This document shows, piece by piece, positions 30,902 through 41,100 of a DNA stretch of 64,000 bases. Location: positions 123,881-187,880 of the forward strand of contig JAIOOU010000011.1 in NCBI GenBank assembly GCA_021414245.1. Reading direction: 5' to 3'. The position numbers were made by a program, and so were the translations under genes. Origin of the DNA: Chloroflexota bacterium. Lineage in GTDB: Bacteria > Chloroflexota > Anaerolineae > Anaerolineales > Villigracilaceae. The notes beneath the pieces were generated by a model that was not told the origin of the DNA, ran no database searches, and was given only the letters and a program-made list of their open reading frames with translations. Within the stretch, counting starts at the first letter, position 1. Each line of letters starts with the position of its first letter.

Positions 30902-32050
30902 CTATGGCACCAAAAGCGCAATGATCTGCTTCACGATGGGCACTACGGCCGGCAGGACGAAGGCCAGATTGAGGGCGGCCTTCTTCAAGCCCTCCGCGGT
31001 GATCTGGACCGTGGCCGGGTTGGGTTTGTCCTTGGCCGCGGTCTGCACCAGCATGTGTGCGGTGTCGGCCACAGCCTTGGCATCCTCGGCCTTGTCCTCG
31101 GGCGATTTGCTCAACACATCGTCGAGCTGCTGGATCAATCCGGCCAGGGCCTGCTTGGTGGGCTCGTCAAAGGCGGAACTGCCGGAGATTGTCATGGCCA
31201 CATCCTTGAGCGTGGACTTGACCGGCACATTGGCGCCGCGAAAATCGCCGGACATGTGAATCACATCGCCCATGATCTGGTCGCCTTCGACCACGGTCAT
31301 CGGGTTCCTGCCCATGAAGACCAGGATCCTGCGCGCGCTTTCCTTTTCCTTCGGGTCTGCGGAAAGCAGGAGCGGACCCAGTTTACGGTCCACGGTTTCA
31401 GGCACGAGATTGCTCCAGATCACGGAGAGTTGTTCGAGGGCGCCGGCCGAGGCGGTGTTCAGGATCAAATGGGTCAACTGTTTGGAGAAGGCTTCGATAT
31501 CGTCCATGTCGCGGAAGACCATCACATCCAGGGCCAGGGCCACGAATTCGTCGTCCACCAGGCCGCCTTCGATCAGTTCCTTCAACGGCACGAGGATGGC
31601 CATGCCCCTTTCCTTGGTTTTGAGAAATTCTTTTCTCTCCTCGAGGTTCATGTCGTAGTTGGGCTGGCGGCTGCGGATCTCGCGCAGGGCGCCGTCCACG
31701 GTTTTGGAGGCGATGTTGAAATCGGGCCACAACAGATTCACGATGCGGAATTTTTGGCGGGCGGGGATCTTCTTGGAGGCCGTGGTCTGCGAGAGTATCT
31801 TTTCCCGGGCGGTGCCCTTCACCTTTTGCAGAAGTTCCTGACCTTCGGCCGCGGATAATTCCAACAAGGCCTGAACCAGTCTCGGCCTGAGGCTGGCGAT
31901 CTCTTCGGATGAAAGCACCGCATCGTGCGTGTCCGAGCCTGCCAGGCCCCACGAGCCGGAGACGTAATTTTCAGCGGCTTCCGCCATTTCCAATTCGGCG
32001 GCCTTTGCCTCGATCTGCGCCAGGATCCCAACCACATTTTGTATCGGCAT
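30902..32050 (-). CDS. Hypothetical alpha-helical protein
   Basis: 382-aa ORF with genome-typical codon usage; C-terminal module begins GDVIHMSGDFRGA. Confidence 0.7.
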   Translation of the reverse strand: MPIQNVVGILAQIEAKAAELEMAEAAENYVSGSWGLAGSDTHDAVLSSEEIASLRPRLVQALLELSAAEGQELLQKVKGTAREKILSQTTASKKIPARQKFRIVNLLWPDFNIASKTVDGALREIRSRQPNYDMNLEERKEFLKTKERGMAILVPLKELIEGGLVDDEFVALALDVMVFRDMDDIEAFSKQLTHLILNTASAGALEQLSVIWSNLVPETVDRKLGPLLLSADPKEKESARRILVFMGRNPMTVVEGDQIMGDVIHMSGDFRGANVPVKSTLKDVAMTISGSSAFDEPTKQALAGLIQQLDDVLSKSPEDKAEDAKAVADTAHMLVQTAAKDKPNPATVQITAEGLKKAALNLAFVLPAVVPIVKQIIALLVP

Positions 32051-33039
32051 TATGCACTCCCTGCATTGGTGCGCGCGGCCATCTCTTCGACCCGCGGCGC
32101 GACTTCGTTGATATAGAGTTCGACCATTTCCATGTCATAGGGCGCGGCCAGGCTTAATACAAAATGACCGGCCCCGCACGCGACGTATTTCATCAGTTGT
32201 TCGGCGGCCTGCTGCGGGGTGCCCATCAGCACACGTCCGCGCAATTCTTCGACATTCGTGTTCCAGGCCTGCGCCAGCGCTTCCGCCCGGCGCCGGGCCG
32301 TGTCTTCGTCCCTGGCGATCACGCTCGGGAAGTGGATCATCCTGCGGATTAAGGATGAATCGCGCCCGATGCGCTGACAATGCCCAGAGAGCACGTCCAG
32401 TTTGTGATTATACACATCCAGGGGCAGCATATCCATATCCCAGCCGTCGGCCTGTTCGGCCACGATGCGCAGGGTGACCTTTTCGCCCTGCCCGCCGATC
32501 CAGATGGCCGGGGCCGGCTTTTGGACCGGCTTGGGTTCACAGCGCGCATCGGTAAGGTGGAAGTGGCGGCCTTGAAAGTCGCTAACCTCCTGCGTCCACA
32601 GGCTGCGTATGACCTGCACGGCTTCATCGAGCTGCGCGAGCCTTTCGCCGGTGTTCGGGAAGGGCATGCCGTACGCCAGGCTTTCGGCTTCGAACCAGCC
32701 CGCGCCGATGCCCAGTTCCAGCCGCCCGTTGGTGACCACGTCCAGCGTGGCGCCCATCTTGGCCAACAGGGCTGGATGGCGGTAGATCACGCCGGTGACC
32801 AGACAGCCGACGTGCAGCTTTTGGGTTTGCGCGGCCAGCGCCGTCAGCAGGGTCCAGCCTTCGAAGCACGGGCCGCTGCGTTCGCCGGTGATGGGCATGA
32901 AATGGTCGAAGAGCCAGGCCGAGTCATAGCCGAGCGCGTCGGCGCGCTGCCAGAGTTGAAGCAGTTCGCCGTAGGTGACATGCTGGGGCGAGCTTTGCAG
33001 GCCCCATTTCAATTGGGATGTTGCGGCGGGTTGGGACAT
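32050..33039 (-). CDS. LLM-class (likely F420-dependent) oxidoreductase
   Basis: DSAWLFDHF, YRHPALLAKMGATLDVVTNGRLELGIGAGW, IWIGGQGEK. Confidence 0.93.
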   Translation of the reverse strand: MSQPAATSQLKWGLQSSPQHVTYGELLQLWQRADALGYDSAWLFDHFMPITGERSGPCFEGWTLLTALAAQTQKLHVGCLVTGVIYRHPALLAKMGATLDVVTNGRLELGIGAGWFEAESLAYGMPFPNTGERLAQLDEAVQVIRSLWTQEVSDFQGRHFHLTDARCEPKPVQKPAPAIWIGGQGEKVTLRIVAEQADGWDMDMLPLDVYNHKLDVLSGHCQRIGRDSSLIRRMIHFPSVIARDEDTARRRAEALAQAWNTNVEELRGRVLMGTPQQAAEQLMKYVACGAGHFVLSLAAPYDMEMVELYINEVAPRVEEMAARTNAGSA

Positions 33040-33127
33040 TGCAGTCCATTATAAAGGACCGCGGGAAATAAATGGTCCCCGGCGGGAAGTTGCGGGGGCA
33101 TTCACAGGGGCATGCGTTTGAGACAAT

Positions 33128-33483
33128 TTACCTAAGGATCCTGAAATTTGAGATCCAAAAGACCCAATCGATCTCCTGCGTATCGCGGTTTGCGCCCAGC
33201 CACCTGATGAACAGGTCCACCACACTTCCATTCACTGCTTCCTTCTGCAGGTCTGGCAGAAGCGGCTCCTGGATCGGCATCCAATATTCAGCAGTTCCTT
33301 CCGCGAACAGGCATTCATGTTTACTCATATCCACATACGTGTCGAGCTGTCCGGGGTCAGTTGCAAACGCCCACATGGACAACAGGGCCGTGCGGCTCTC
33401 CAGGATATCCCTGCAGGCGCACAGGCGCTTATTAGAAATAAAGTCAGAATGGTCAGTTGGGTTTTTTGGAAAATAGTATTCAT
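33128..33483 (-). pseudogene. Frameshifted or internally deleted lipoprotein gene
   Basis: ATG 33483 gives MNTIFQKTQLTILTLFLISACAPAG (lipobox) and stops after 52 codons; a protein-like C-terminus (...EYWMPIQEPLL...WVFWISNFRILR*) is in another frame; span 356 nt. Confidence 0.55.
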
Positions 33484-33540
33484 GTTGTCGTTTTCCTGAT
33501 CGGTACAACACCCGGCGGCCGGTAACAGCCGCCAGCCAGG

Positions 33541-33963
33541 TTACCCGCCTGCTTCGGACGGGTTCATGGCTTGAAACAAGGTGACTTGCGTGCCGTCCGG
33601 GTCCTGCAGGCGCACGTTGTGATCGCCCCACGGGGTGACCACCGGCTCGTGCACCAGGGTCGCGCCGTGGGCCAGCAGGCGCCCCATGGCGGCCTGCAGA
33701 TCCGGGACCTGCAACGCAAAGCGGACCTGGCCGCTGACACGCCGCCCGGCTTCGATGGTGTCGATGGTCTCGGCCTGGGTCTCGTCGAAGACCTCGAGCG
33801 TGGCGCGGCCCATATCGAGGATCAGGGCCTGGCCCTGGCCATTGTCCCAAATGGCAGCGGGCTCGAGGCCGAGGCCCTGGCAGTAGAATTTCACCAACCG
33901 TTCATAATCGCCGGTCGTGATCGCGACGCGCAGTTCCAGCACGGAGGGGGTGGGGGTGGACAT
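33541..33963 (-). CDS. VOC/glyoxalase family protein
   Basis: DYERLVKFYCQGLGL, TPWGDHNVRLQDPDG; start revised to MSTPTPS. Confidence 0.9.
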   Translation of the reverse strand: MSTPTPSVLELRVAITTGDYERLVKFYCQGLGLEPAAIWDNGQGQALILDMGRATLEVFDETQAETIDTIEAGRRVSGQVRFALQVPDLQAAMGRLLAHGATLVHEPVVTPWGDHNVRLQDPDGTQVTLFQAMNPSEAGG

Positions 33964-34014
33964 ATATCCTGGGTTTCCTTTCGTTATTGTTCTACCTGTA
34001 ATGTGATTCAACTT

Positions 34015-34392
34015 TTATTTTATGAATTTTCCAACTGCCCTGTTGACCGAGTATCCCACTGCGAAACTTGCCCCAATGGCACACAGCAGGCCCGCCAGGG
34101 TCCCAAAACGCGGGGTGGTATATGAATTTGCCAACAGACCAGCAAGTCCGCCGAGGAAGAGGATCAGCACAAGGCTGGCGAGCAGGATCACGATATCCCT
34201 GGCAATTTTTAGGCGCGGGTTTTCAGATTGTCGATGTTTTTTGAAAATGGAGGAAATGGTCACGCCCAGGCTGAAAAGCAGCAGGGCGGTCCCCACCAGC
34301 GGCAGGAAGGCGGGGAACTGCCAGTACGTGAAGATCAAGACCGCAAGCGAGAAAAATACAAATATTTTCATATCCATATACCTCCAGATCAT
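34015..34392 (-). CDS. Hypothetical membrane protein, copy A
   Basis: Four hydrophobic helices; paralog of 37020-37406; true start probably 34377 or 34371. Confidence 0.75.
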   Translation of the reverse strand: MIWRYMDMKIFVFFSLAVLIFTYWQFPAFLPLVGTALLLFSLGVTISSIFKKHRQSENPRLKIARDIVILLASLVLILFLGGLAGLLANSYTTPRFGTLAGLLCAIGASFAVGYSVNRAVGKFIK

Positions 34393-34397
34393 TTCCC

Positions 34398-34422
34398 TGT
34401 GTCATCCTGAGCGAAGGTTCTC
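34398..34422. repeat. REP-like element, half copy in inverted orientation
   Basis: tgtgtcatcctgagcgaaggttctc is the reverse complement of the 26.7 and 28.85 kb motif. Confidence 0.55.
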
Positions 34423-34587
34423 CGCTCCTATTTCCGAGACTATCAGCAACATAGCGCCGAACGCACAAAGTCCCCGAAGCGCAGTAGAGTGGGAGTGCGG
34501 TGCAAGTGTCCGTTGCAATGAACGCTTTCAGAGTGGCACAATATTTTTCGGGAAGCATACGTCCTTGTGCAAGATAAGCCCGGTTGA

Positions 34588-35511
34588 CTACTGCTCAACT
34601 CTAAATTCATCTTCATAAAAGCATCTTTTTTCTTGTTTGTCGAATAAATCATATATTCCCTGCGGATCTAATTTTATTTTATCATCGTAAAAAGACAAGC
34701 TGAAATTCTTATTGAAACTTCCCCGGGCAAATTCAATTATATTTAATTTCTGATCTGCAGGATTGGCCAGTGCGATGCTAAAAGAACTAACATCCCCATC
34801 ACCTATAGCTGGACACAGTATATATTTATCATTATCAGCAAGCTTCGCAGCTCCAGGATAAATCGCCATAATTTTTTCGTCGCTATACACGATTTCAATA
34901 TTGTATGCATTCTGAGTTTGGTGGACGCGAGGCGGATTTAGATATATCAAATCGGGCACACCATGGCGACGAAAAAGTTCCAAAATACCGTAGCGATCAA
35001 GTAAATTATTTTTCACATTACTTGTCTGATCAGGATTAATTACAGACTGGAAATTTACAATAAATCCATTCAGCATCTCATTAGAGGATTGAATATATAA
35101 ATGAAAAAAAACATGGAGATCTCCCTGCTTGGTATCAAAATTTGGAGAGTAATGCCATTGATAAGGGGAAACCACACTAACATCATAGGCCAGCAATCTA
35201 TGGTCACGAGTATAAATTTGAAAGTAGGATAGTGCCTGACCTAAAGTAGTTTTGCCGGGATATATGCCTAAAAAACACGGCAGTTCGCAATTACCGTTAG
35301 TACGCAAAAGTTCAAAAAGCTTGTTTTGGATTTCAGCAGGCAAGGTTGGATAGGCAGTTGGCATTAAGAGATTCGTAGAAGCAGGGCCGGTAGGAAGGAC
35401 AAAGGCTTGAACGGCAGTTTCCGTGCTTTTTTCTGCATAAGATTTGCAGGAGAAAAGTATAACAATGAAAGTTATCAAAAAGAGTTTTTGTGTTTTCATA
35501 TCATTTTCCAA
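34588..35511 (-). CDS. Hypothetical lipoprotein with a CxxPCFxGIxPG motif
   Basis: ILFSC lipobox, CELPCFLGIYPGKTT; AT-rich. Confidence 0.75.
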   Translation of the reverse strand: MENDMKTQKLFLITFIVILFSCKSYAEKSTETAVQAFVLPTGPASTNLLMPTAYPTLPAEIQNKLFELLRTNGNCELPCFLGIYPGKTTLGQALSYFQIYTRDHRLLAYDVSVVSPYQWHYSPNFDTKQGDLHVFFHLYIQSSNEMLNGFIVNFQSVINPDQTSNVKNNLLDRYGILELFRRHGVPDLIYLNPPRVHQTQNAYNIEIVYSDEKIMAIYPGAAKLADNDKYILCPAIGDGDVSSFSIALANPADQKLNIIEFARGSFNKNFSLSFYDDKIKLDPQGIYDLFDKQEKRCFYEDEFRVEQ

Positions 35512-35665
35512 ACATACTCTTCAATATCCGGTCCATTTCTTGTCTCCTAGCGTCACCACTTAGATCATTTGCCGGCTCATGGCCTTCATTAACTACACGA
35601 TGGTATACGAAATAAAAGCAGAGTGATTGATATAGATTTACAAGAAGTGATTTGTCCATCAGTAG

Positions 35666-36412
35666 CTATCGAAATTTGTCAAACAACCCACAAAAAGTGA
35701 CAAGGAAGAATATGCTATTTATCGATTGGATAAATAGTGCTGAATTAAAAAGCATGCGATCCCCTCTTTTGTATCCCCATTTGAAAGCTACATAGACAAA
35801 AAAAACTGAGGCAAGAAGATATGAGAATACAAATAGATATGGACTGCCAGCTATTAAGAGAAAAATTATTAGTAGCCATAGCAACCGGACAGATAAATAC
35901 CTAGAAAAAGTAATAAAAAACCTGTAGAGTGTTCTCCGAGTAGATGGCTTTGCCATTGTGAGATATTGTTGAGCAGATTTGAAATCTTTTTGCGAAGCAT
36001 ATGCTTTTGCAATATCAAGGATCAAATCATTATTCGGAGAAAGTTCTAAAGCGTTTCTATAAAATAAAACAGCATCACTATATTTACGCTCCAGCAAGGA
36101 AATATTGGCTAACACCCAATAAGAAAAAAAAGATTTTCCATGCTTTTCCAAGGCTTTTTCTGCAAGAGATTTGGCAACATCGAATTCTCGCAGAGAGAAA
36201 TGGATTAAAGATTCCGCTTCTGCAACGACAGGGCAGTCGTGGGCAGGTTGAGTCTGGCCAGCGGTGTTTAATATTTCCTGGGCCTCAGCTATTTCGTTTC
36301 TTGCCGCGCGAAAAAGTGCAACACAGCAAAATTCGTGACCCTCTGCTCCCTCTAAATCTTTAAGTCTCAATGTTTCATCTTTTAAACAAATTCTTTCATA
36401 AAGACTATTCAT
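35666..36412 (-). CDS. TPR-repeat protein with C-terminal TM helices
   Basis: KYSDAVLFYRNALELSPNN TPR signature; hydrophobic C-terminus. Confidence 0.75.
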   Translation of the reverse strand: MNSLYERICLKDETLRLKDLEGAEGHEFCCVALFRAARNEIAEAQEILNTAGQTQPAHDCPVVAEAESLIHFSLREFDVAKSLAEKALEKHGKSFFSYWVLANISLLERKYSDAVLFYRNALELSPNNDLILDIAKAYASQKDFKSAQQYLTMAKPSTRRTLYRFFITFSRYLSVRLLWLLIIFLLIAGSPYLFVFSYLLASVFFVYVAFKWGYKRGDRMLFNSALFIQSINSIFFLVTFCGLFDKFR

Positions 36413-36495
36413 TTTCCGCCTCGTGTAATTATGAAAATCGTTTCAACAATCTTCTCCAACAGAGTTTTCCATTGGTGCATCAAATCATTTCAATC

Positions 36496-36533
36496 ATCGC
36501 GACGCGCAGTTCCAACACAGAGGGGTGGGGGTG
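36496..36533 (-). repeat. Remnant copy of the 5' end of the VOC gene
   Basis: atcgcgacgcgcagttccaacacagaggggtgggggtg vs 33920-33958: two substitutions and a 1-nt deletion. Confidence 0.8.
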
Positions 36534-36587
36534 TTTTCAAAGTCATCTATCCCTATCTAAACTGCAAATACAGTGCTCGAACATAAA

Positions 36588-36923
36588 TCACATCTTCTTA
36601 GCTTCGAGTCGACGTATTTCCTCTGCAGTCTTAAGACGAAATTGCATGCTACCTCCAAGCCATTGAGTTAAAAACTGTTTGGCTTGCTCAATAGCATTTT
36701 CTTCATTTTCTGCATCTGCTACTGGAAGCTGAACTCTCGTTGGATAAACAATAAAGTACAACTTTTTCTGGTTATGATTATATTGAAAAGTATATGCTTT
36801 TTTTCTTTCGTTCAATCCCCACTCTCTAATTAAGCAAACAATGCTAATACACCCGGGAATAGATGCATGATCAGGACGGTAAGAAATTTCGAGAAACTCA
36901 AGTAATTCTATTTCTGAAGTCAT
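36588..36923 (-). CDS. Hypothetical protein
   Basis: 111-aa AT-rich ORF in the cassette; no recognised motif. Confidence 0.55.
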   Translation of the reverse strand: MTSEIELLEFLEISYRPDHASIPGCISIVCLIREWGLNERKKAYTFQYNHNQKKLYFIVYPTRVQLPVADAENEENAIEQAKQFLTQWLGGSMQFRLKTAEEIRRLEAKKM

Positions 36924-37019
36924 ATGTAAAACATCCTAGGGGGTTGCAAAAGGTTCATGAATCACTGTTCGTGAAATCCCCGCTGCCAGTCTCCTTGCGA
37001 TACCTGTTCATTTGTATCA

Positions 37020-37406
37020 TTAGCTCAAGAATTTCCCCGCTCCCTTTTTGACCCAATACCCGACCGCGAAACTTGTCCCGATGGCACAGAGCAGTCCTGT
37101 CAGGGTTCCAAAGTGCGGGGTGATAAGGGAATTTGCATACAATCCTGCCTGCCAGCCCAGGAAGAGGATAAGCACAAGGGTGGCAAGCAGCGTCGCGATA
37201 TCCCTGGCTATTTTCAGGCGTGGGTTTTCAGACTCTTGATGATTCTTAAAAATGGACGAAATGGTCACGGCCAGGCTGAAAAGCAGCAGGGCGGTCCCGA
37301 CCAGCGGCAGAAAGGCGGGGAATTGCCATAAGGAAAAGAAAACAACAAAAATAAACAGAAGTAGTAATAAGCCTAAGTATTTTTTAAACAAAAATATTAT
37401 TGTCAT
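37020..37406 (-). CDS. Hypothetical membrane protein, copy B
   Basis: Shares WQFPAFLPLVGTALLLFSL...SENPRLKIARDI with copy A. Confidence 0.75.
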   Translation of the reverse strand: MTIIFLFKKYLGLLLLLFIFVVFFSLWQFPAFLPLVGTALLLFSLAVTISSIFKNHQESENPRLKIARDIATLLATLVLILFLGWQAGLYANSLITPHFGTLTGLLCAIGTSFAVGYWVKKGAGKFLS

Positions 37407-37408
37407 GG

Positions 37409-38134
37409 TTATTTTTTCAACAACTCCTCAAACCCGAGTTCTCTTTCTGCTTGCTCTTTCCGCTTAAGATGTTCAGGATTAGTATTATCAAAAGGCTCTT
37501 CCTGTAACACTATCATGATGCCATTATTCACTTCTTCTTTCGAGAAACAGGTTGTTAATTTGTCAAAACGCTTTCGTCCTATCATATCTAGGTATTCCGC
37601 ACCAAAATATGTTAGCCAGTCCAGTTCAAGCCGATAGCTTCCCTTCGCCGGTCTTTTATAAGTTTTAGTTCGCAAGAAACTTACCCCTCCATTAGGTTCA
37701 GGAATCTCTATCAAGTGATCATCGCACAAATAGGCTTGTCCAATTGCCATTCCGAAAACACCTTCCTTCAAGAGCGTAACAACATCGTCAAGCGTACATA
37801 CTGAGTCTTGAATATGTTTGGCAGTAAAACCAATTACCAAAACACTTGGCCCAAGACTATTCGAAGGCAAAGCTGAAGCGGAAAACTGTAGCCCATTCTC
37901 CGGGTATAAGTATAAAGGAATTCTGCCTGTCTCATTCGAAATATCTTCTTTGGGTATAAGGGCTGACGAAAACTCGCCTGAATTAAATAAAAATTTTTCC
38001 TCTGTCTTATTTTTGCCCAGATACATCTTTGAAGGAAAAACTAGTTTAGAAACGGTCTTATTTTTAAAAACGTTATCAAACATTCCAATGGATTGTGGTT
38101 CAAAAGACCAAATAACGCACGAATATGTTTTCAT
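37409..38134 (-). CDS. Cognate immunity protein, Imm52-like
   Basis: 24 bp after the toxin; C-terminal LDWLTYFG...IGRKRF...GIMIVLQEEPFD pattern. Confidence 0.65.
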   Translation of the reverse strand: MKTYSCVIWSFEPQSIGMFDNVFKNKTVSKLVFPSKMYLGKNKTEEKFLFNSGEFSSALIPKEDISNETGRIPLYLYPENGLQFSASALPSNSLGPSVLVIGFTAKHIQDSVCTLDDVVTLLKEGVFGMAIGQAYLCDDHLIEIPEPNGGVSFLRTKTYKRPAKGSYRLELDWLTYFGAEYLDMIGRKRFDKLTTCFSKEEVNNGIMIVLQEEPFDNTNPEHLKRKEQAERELGFEELLKK

Positions 38135-38158
38135 AAAAACTCCTACTATAGTTACAAT

Positions 38159-41100
38159 TTAAGGTACCCACTTAACTGTTATAGCACCAAAATCGTTTGC
38201 ATTGAGAAATTTTTGCAATTGTCGCGCAGCATCTTTATCAGACACCCACCATTCTATTTCCGTGAATTGGCTGGTAGCATCTAATGCTTTTAGTTGCCGG
38301 GCGGCTTCGTCAAGCAATTTATCTTTAATACCCTGTTGCCATGATGCATTAAGATCTAATTTATAACCGTTACCGTCAGCAAATTTAGCATCAATTAATG
38401 TATCACCTTTATACCAATCAAATGCCACCTCCCCGCTTGGAGTGTCTACATCTTTTATCAAAATTTCTAAATTTCGATAAGGTCTGTCAGTTACACGTAC
38501 TTCATAATCTAATGCGTTTTGTTTCTTCGTTCTCCCATATGTATATTCTATACCTGGTTTTTCAGGTACAGAATCTCCAACTTTAGGTATGTTATTGCTA
38601 CCATCTCCTCTGATCTGTAGGGGATTATTTATATTATTCCATACAACTGCCCCACCATGTCCACCAACTATAAGTCCACCCACTGCTGCAGCCCCTTCCA
38701 CTGCCAATGCAACTCCCCCTACCCCAAAACATAAAATTGCCCCGGGTCCAGTTGCGGCAGCGCAGGCAGCAGCCCCACCAGTTGTTGGCGGGATAAGGCT
38801 AAAGCTACTTGCAAATAATGCTCCGCCAACAGCCATTTCAATTTGACCAACCACCTTACTTATGATACGTCCTGCTTCACGCCCATCCTGATAGAATTCA
38901 TTTCCGTTCTCTGGTTTCCATCCCATAACCCAACCGTACAATCCCATAGTGTAATCATTGATGAATTGTGTTCTTACCCCACTTAAATAAGAGACTATGT
39001 TTTTTGTTAAATTTACTATCTTCGAATCAGACACATATTTTTCAGAGTAATCAGATTGGGTATTTGAATAAAGCAACTCAACTGGGGTCTTAATTGGAGG
39101 AGGTAGTAAATCTACCCAGCCGGGCTTTCCATAGAGAAAACTAGATGAAGTAGATGGTGCCGCCCACTCATCGATAAAATTGTTCCACGACTGTTTTCCT
39201 TTATTAATCAGGTTCTCCCACCACTTCGGCGGGTCATCATCTTTGGCAGGCATAGCCAGCACCTTGGCGGCTGCGGTCTGTTTTTCCTGTTGGGCTTTCC
39301 AGGCGTCCACCATAGCTTGATCTCCATCGTGTTCACTCATGCGATGGTCAAAGGCGGCTTGCTCTCTTTCCTTTTGAGCAGCCAGATACCTGGCCTCTTC
39401 GGCCGCATCCTCCCTGGCCAATTTGGCTTCGATGGCCGCCGCATGGTCTTTCGCTGTTGCGAGTTCAGCGGCTTTCCGGGCGTCCAGGGCAGCTTGATAG
39501 GCACGGTTGATGCGGTCATATTCGACCTGCTTTTCACGCCGTTCCTGTTGTTTTGCCTGGGCTCGGGCACGCTGCTCTTCTTCACGTTTCTTTTGCCAGT
39601 CTGCCAGTGTGGCACCCACTAACGCCGCGGCTGCGGCTCCCCACAGGATATTGCCAGTCTGTTGATTTGATACCGGCACTGTGGCGGAGTCCACGCCAAA
39701 TTTGATGGAGGCGCTGTCTTTGGTGAGTGGGGCAGAGTGGGTTGTGTTGCCCGAAGTGGAAGTATCCGTTTGCGGCGGGACGGAGGAGGCACCGGTCTGC
39801 CCGCCGAAGCTGGAGGCAGGTGTCGGGAGGGAGGAAGCGGGGGTGGGATCCCCTTCAGGATGATCTGGAAGACTGGCGACTAATAAAGAGGAAAGCAGGT
39901 CCACTTCCACTGTGGTTCGCCCTCTGGCTTCGTTGCCTGCCTGGTCAAAGATCTTCACGACCATATCATATTCCCCGGGCGGGACCTGCCTGCCTTTCGA
40001 ATCCCTGCCATTCCAATATAACTCTGAAGTGATGCTGGCTCCAAAAAGTCCATCGGTGTAATTTCGACCTTCCACACGTGTGCTGGCATAGGCAAGTCCG
40101 CTGCCATGGTCTTCGGCATTGTAATAGGCAGGTTCACCCAAGTTCCATGAGGAAGGCAAATGGAGCGTGGGAGCAATCGTGTCGATTTGGACTTGTTGGG
40201 GACCCGTGTCGGTGCACAAGCCAGCTTTGTCGCAGGCAATCAGTTGATACGAATGCAGGCCTTCGCCTGTGAAAGATATGGGTCCCTGCACAGAGGACCA
40301 GCTTGCGCCATTATCCAAACTTTGCAACAGACTGTCGATCCCGGAACCGGCATCACTTGCATTGGCAGTCACTTGAACCGCGGAGGTATACCAGTTGTTC
40401 TGTCCCAGGTCTCCGAGGAAGGAAAGGGTAAGGGTGGGAGTGGTGGTGTCCACGTTGAAATTGCGGGTTTCATCCGAGCACAGCCCGGCCCGGTCACAGG
40501 CGGTGACGTGCACCTGCCAGATCCCGTCCGCGAGGGTAATCGAGGCGCAGTCAGTGGCGGCACTATTGACTTCACAGGTCAACGAAGCCAGACCCGAACC
40601 CGCATCGGAAGCCGAGGCATTGAATTGAACCGGTGAGATCCGCCAGCCATTATTCCCGGGTGTGCTTGTGGCGCTGATGGTGATGAGAGGCGTGGTGGTA
40701 TCCACGGAAAAACTTTGTGTGGAGGTTTGAGCACCCCAGCCGGCTTGGTCCGTTGCACGGAAGAGAAGGGTGTAATCCCCATCGTTGAAGTCCAGTGGAC
40801 TGCTGACGGAGGACCAACTCCCGCCGTTATCCAGTGAATATTCAAAAGACTGGACTCCGGAAGCAGCATCGGAGGCAGAGGCCGAAACCGTTACAGTGGA
40901 GATGTAATAGTTGTCGGCGCCAGACGTCCCGAGCAGAGAGGCGTTGATCTGTGGAGTGCTCAAGTCGAGGGTGTAGGAAGTCGATCCGGTCGCGAACAAG
41001 CCGGTGGCGGAGTCGACACGATAGCTGATCGTACCCGCGCCTTCGCTTGTAATGGGAATCGAGCAGGAGGTCGCTGCGTTGGGACAGGCAAAGGGGGTGC

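Noticed and set aside
33072-33850. ORFs 33072-33476 (+) and 33128-33850 (-) as intact genes
   Set aside because: The first is antisense to the pseudogene; the second joins an off-frame reading of the VOC gene to the pseudogene C-terminus.
36924-37019. Possible c-di-GMP-I riboswitch (GGCAGCGGGG on the minus strand)
   Set aside because: No GCAAAC/GNRA-receptor core or supporting stems found.
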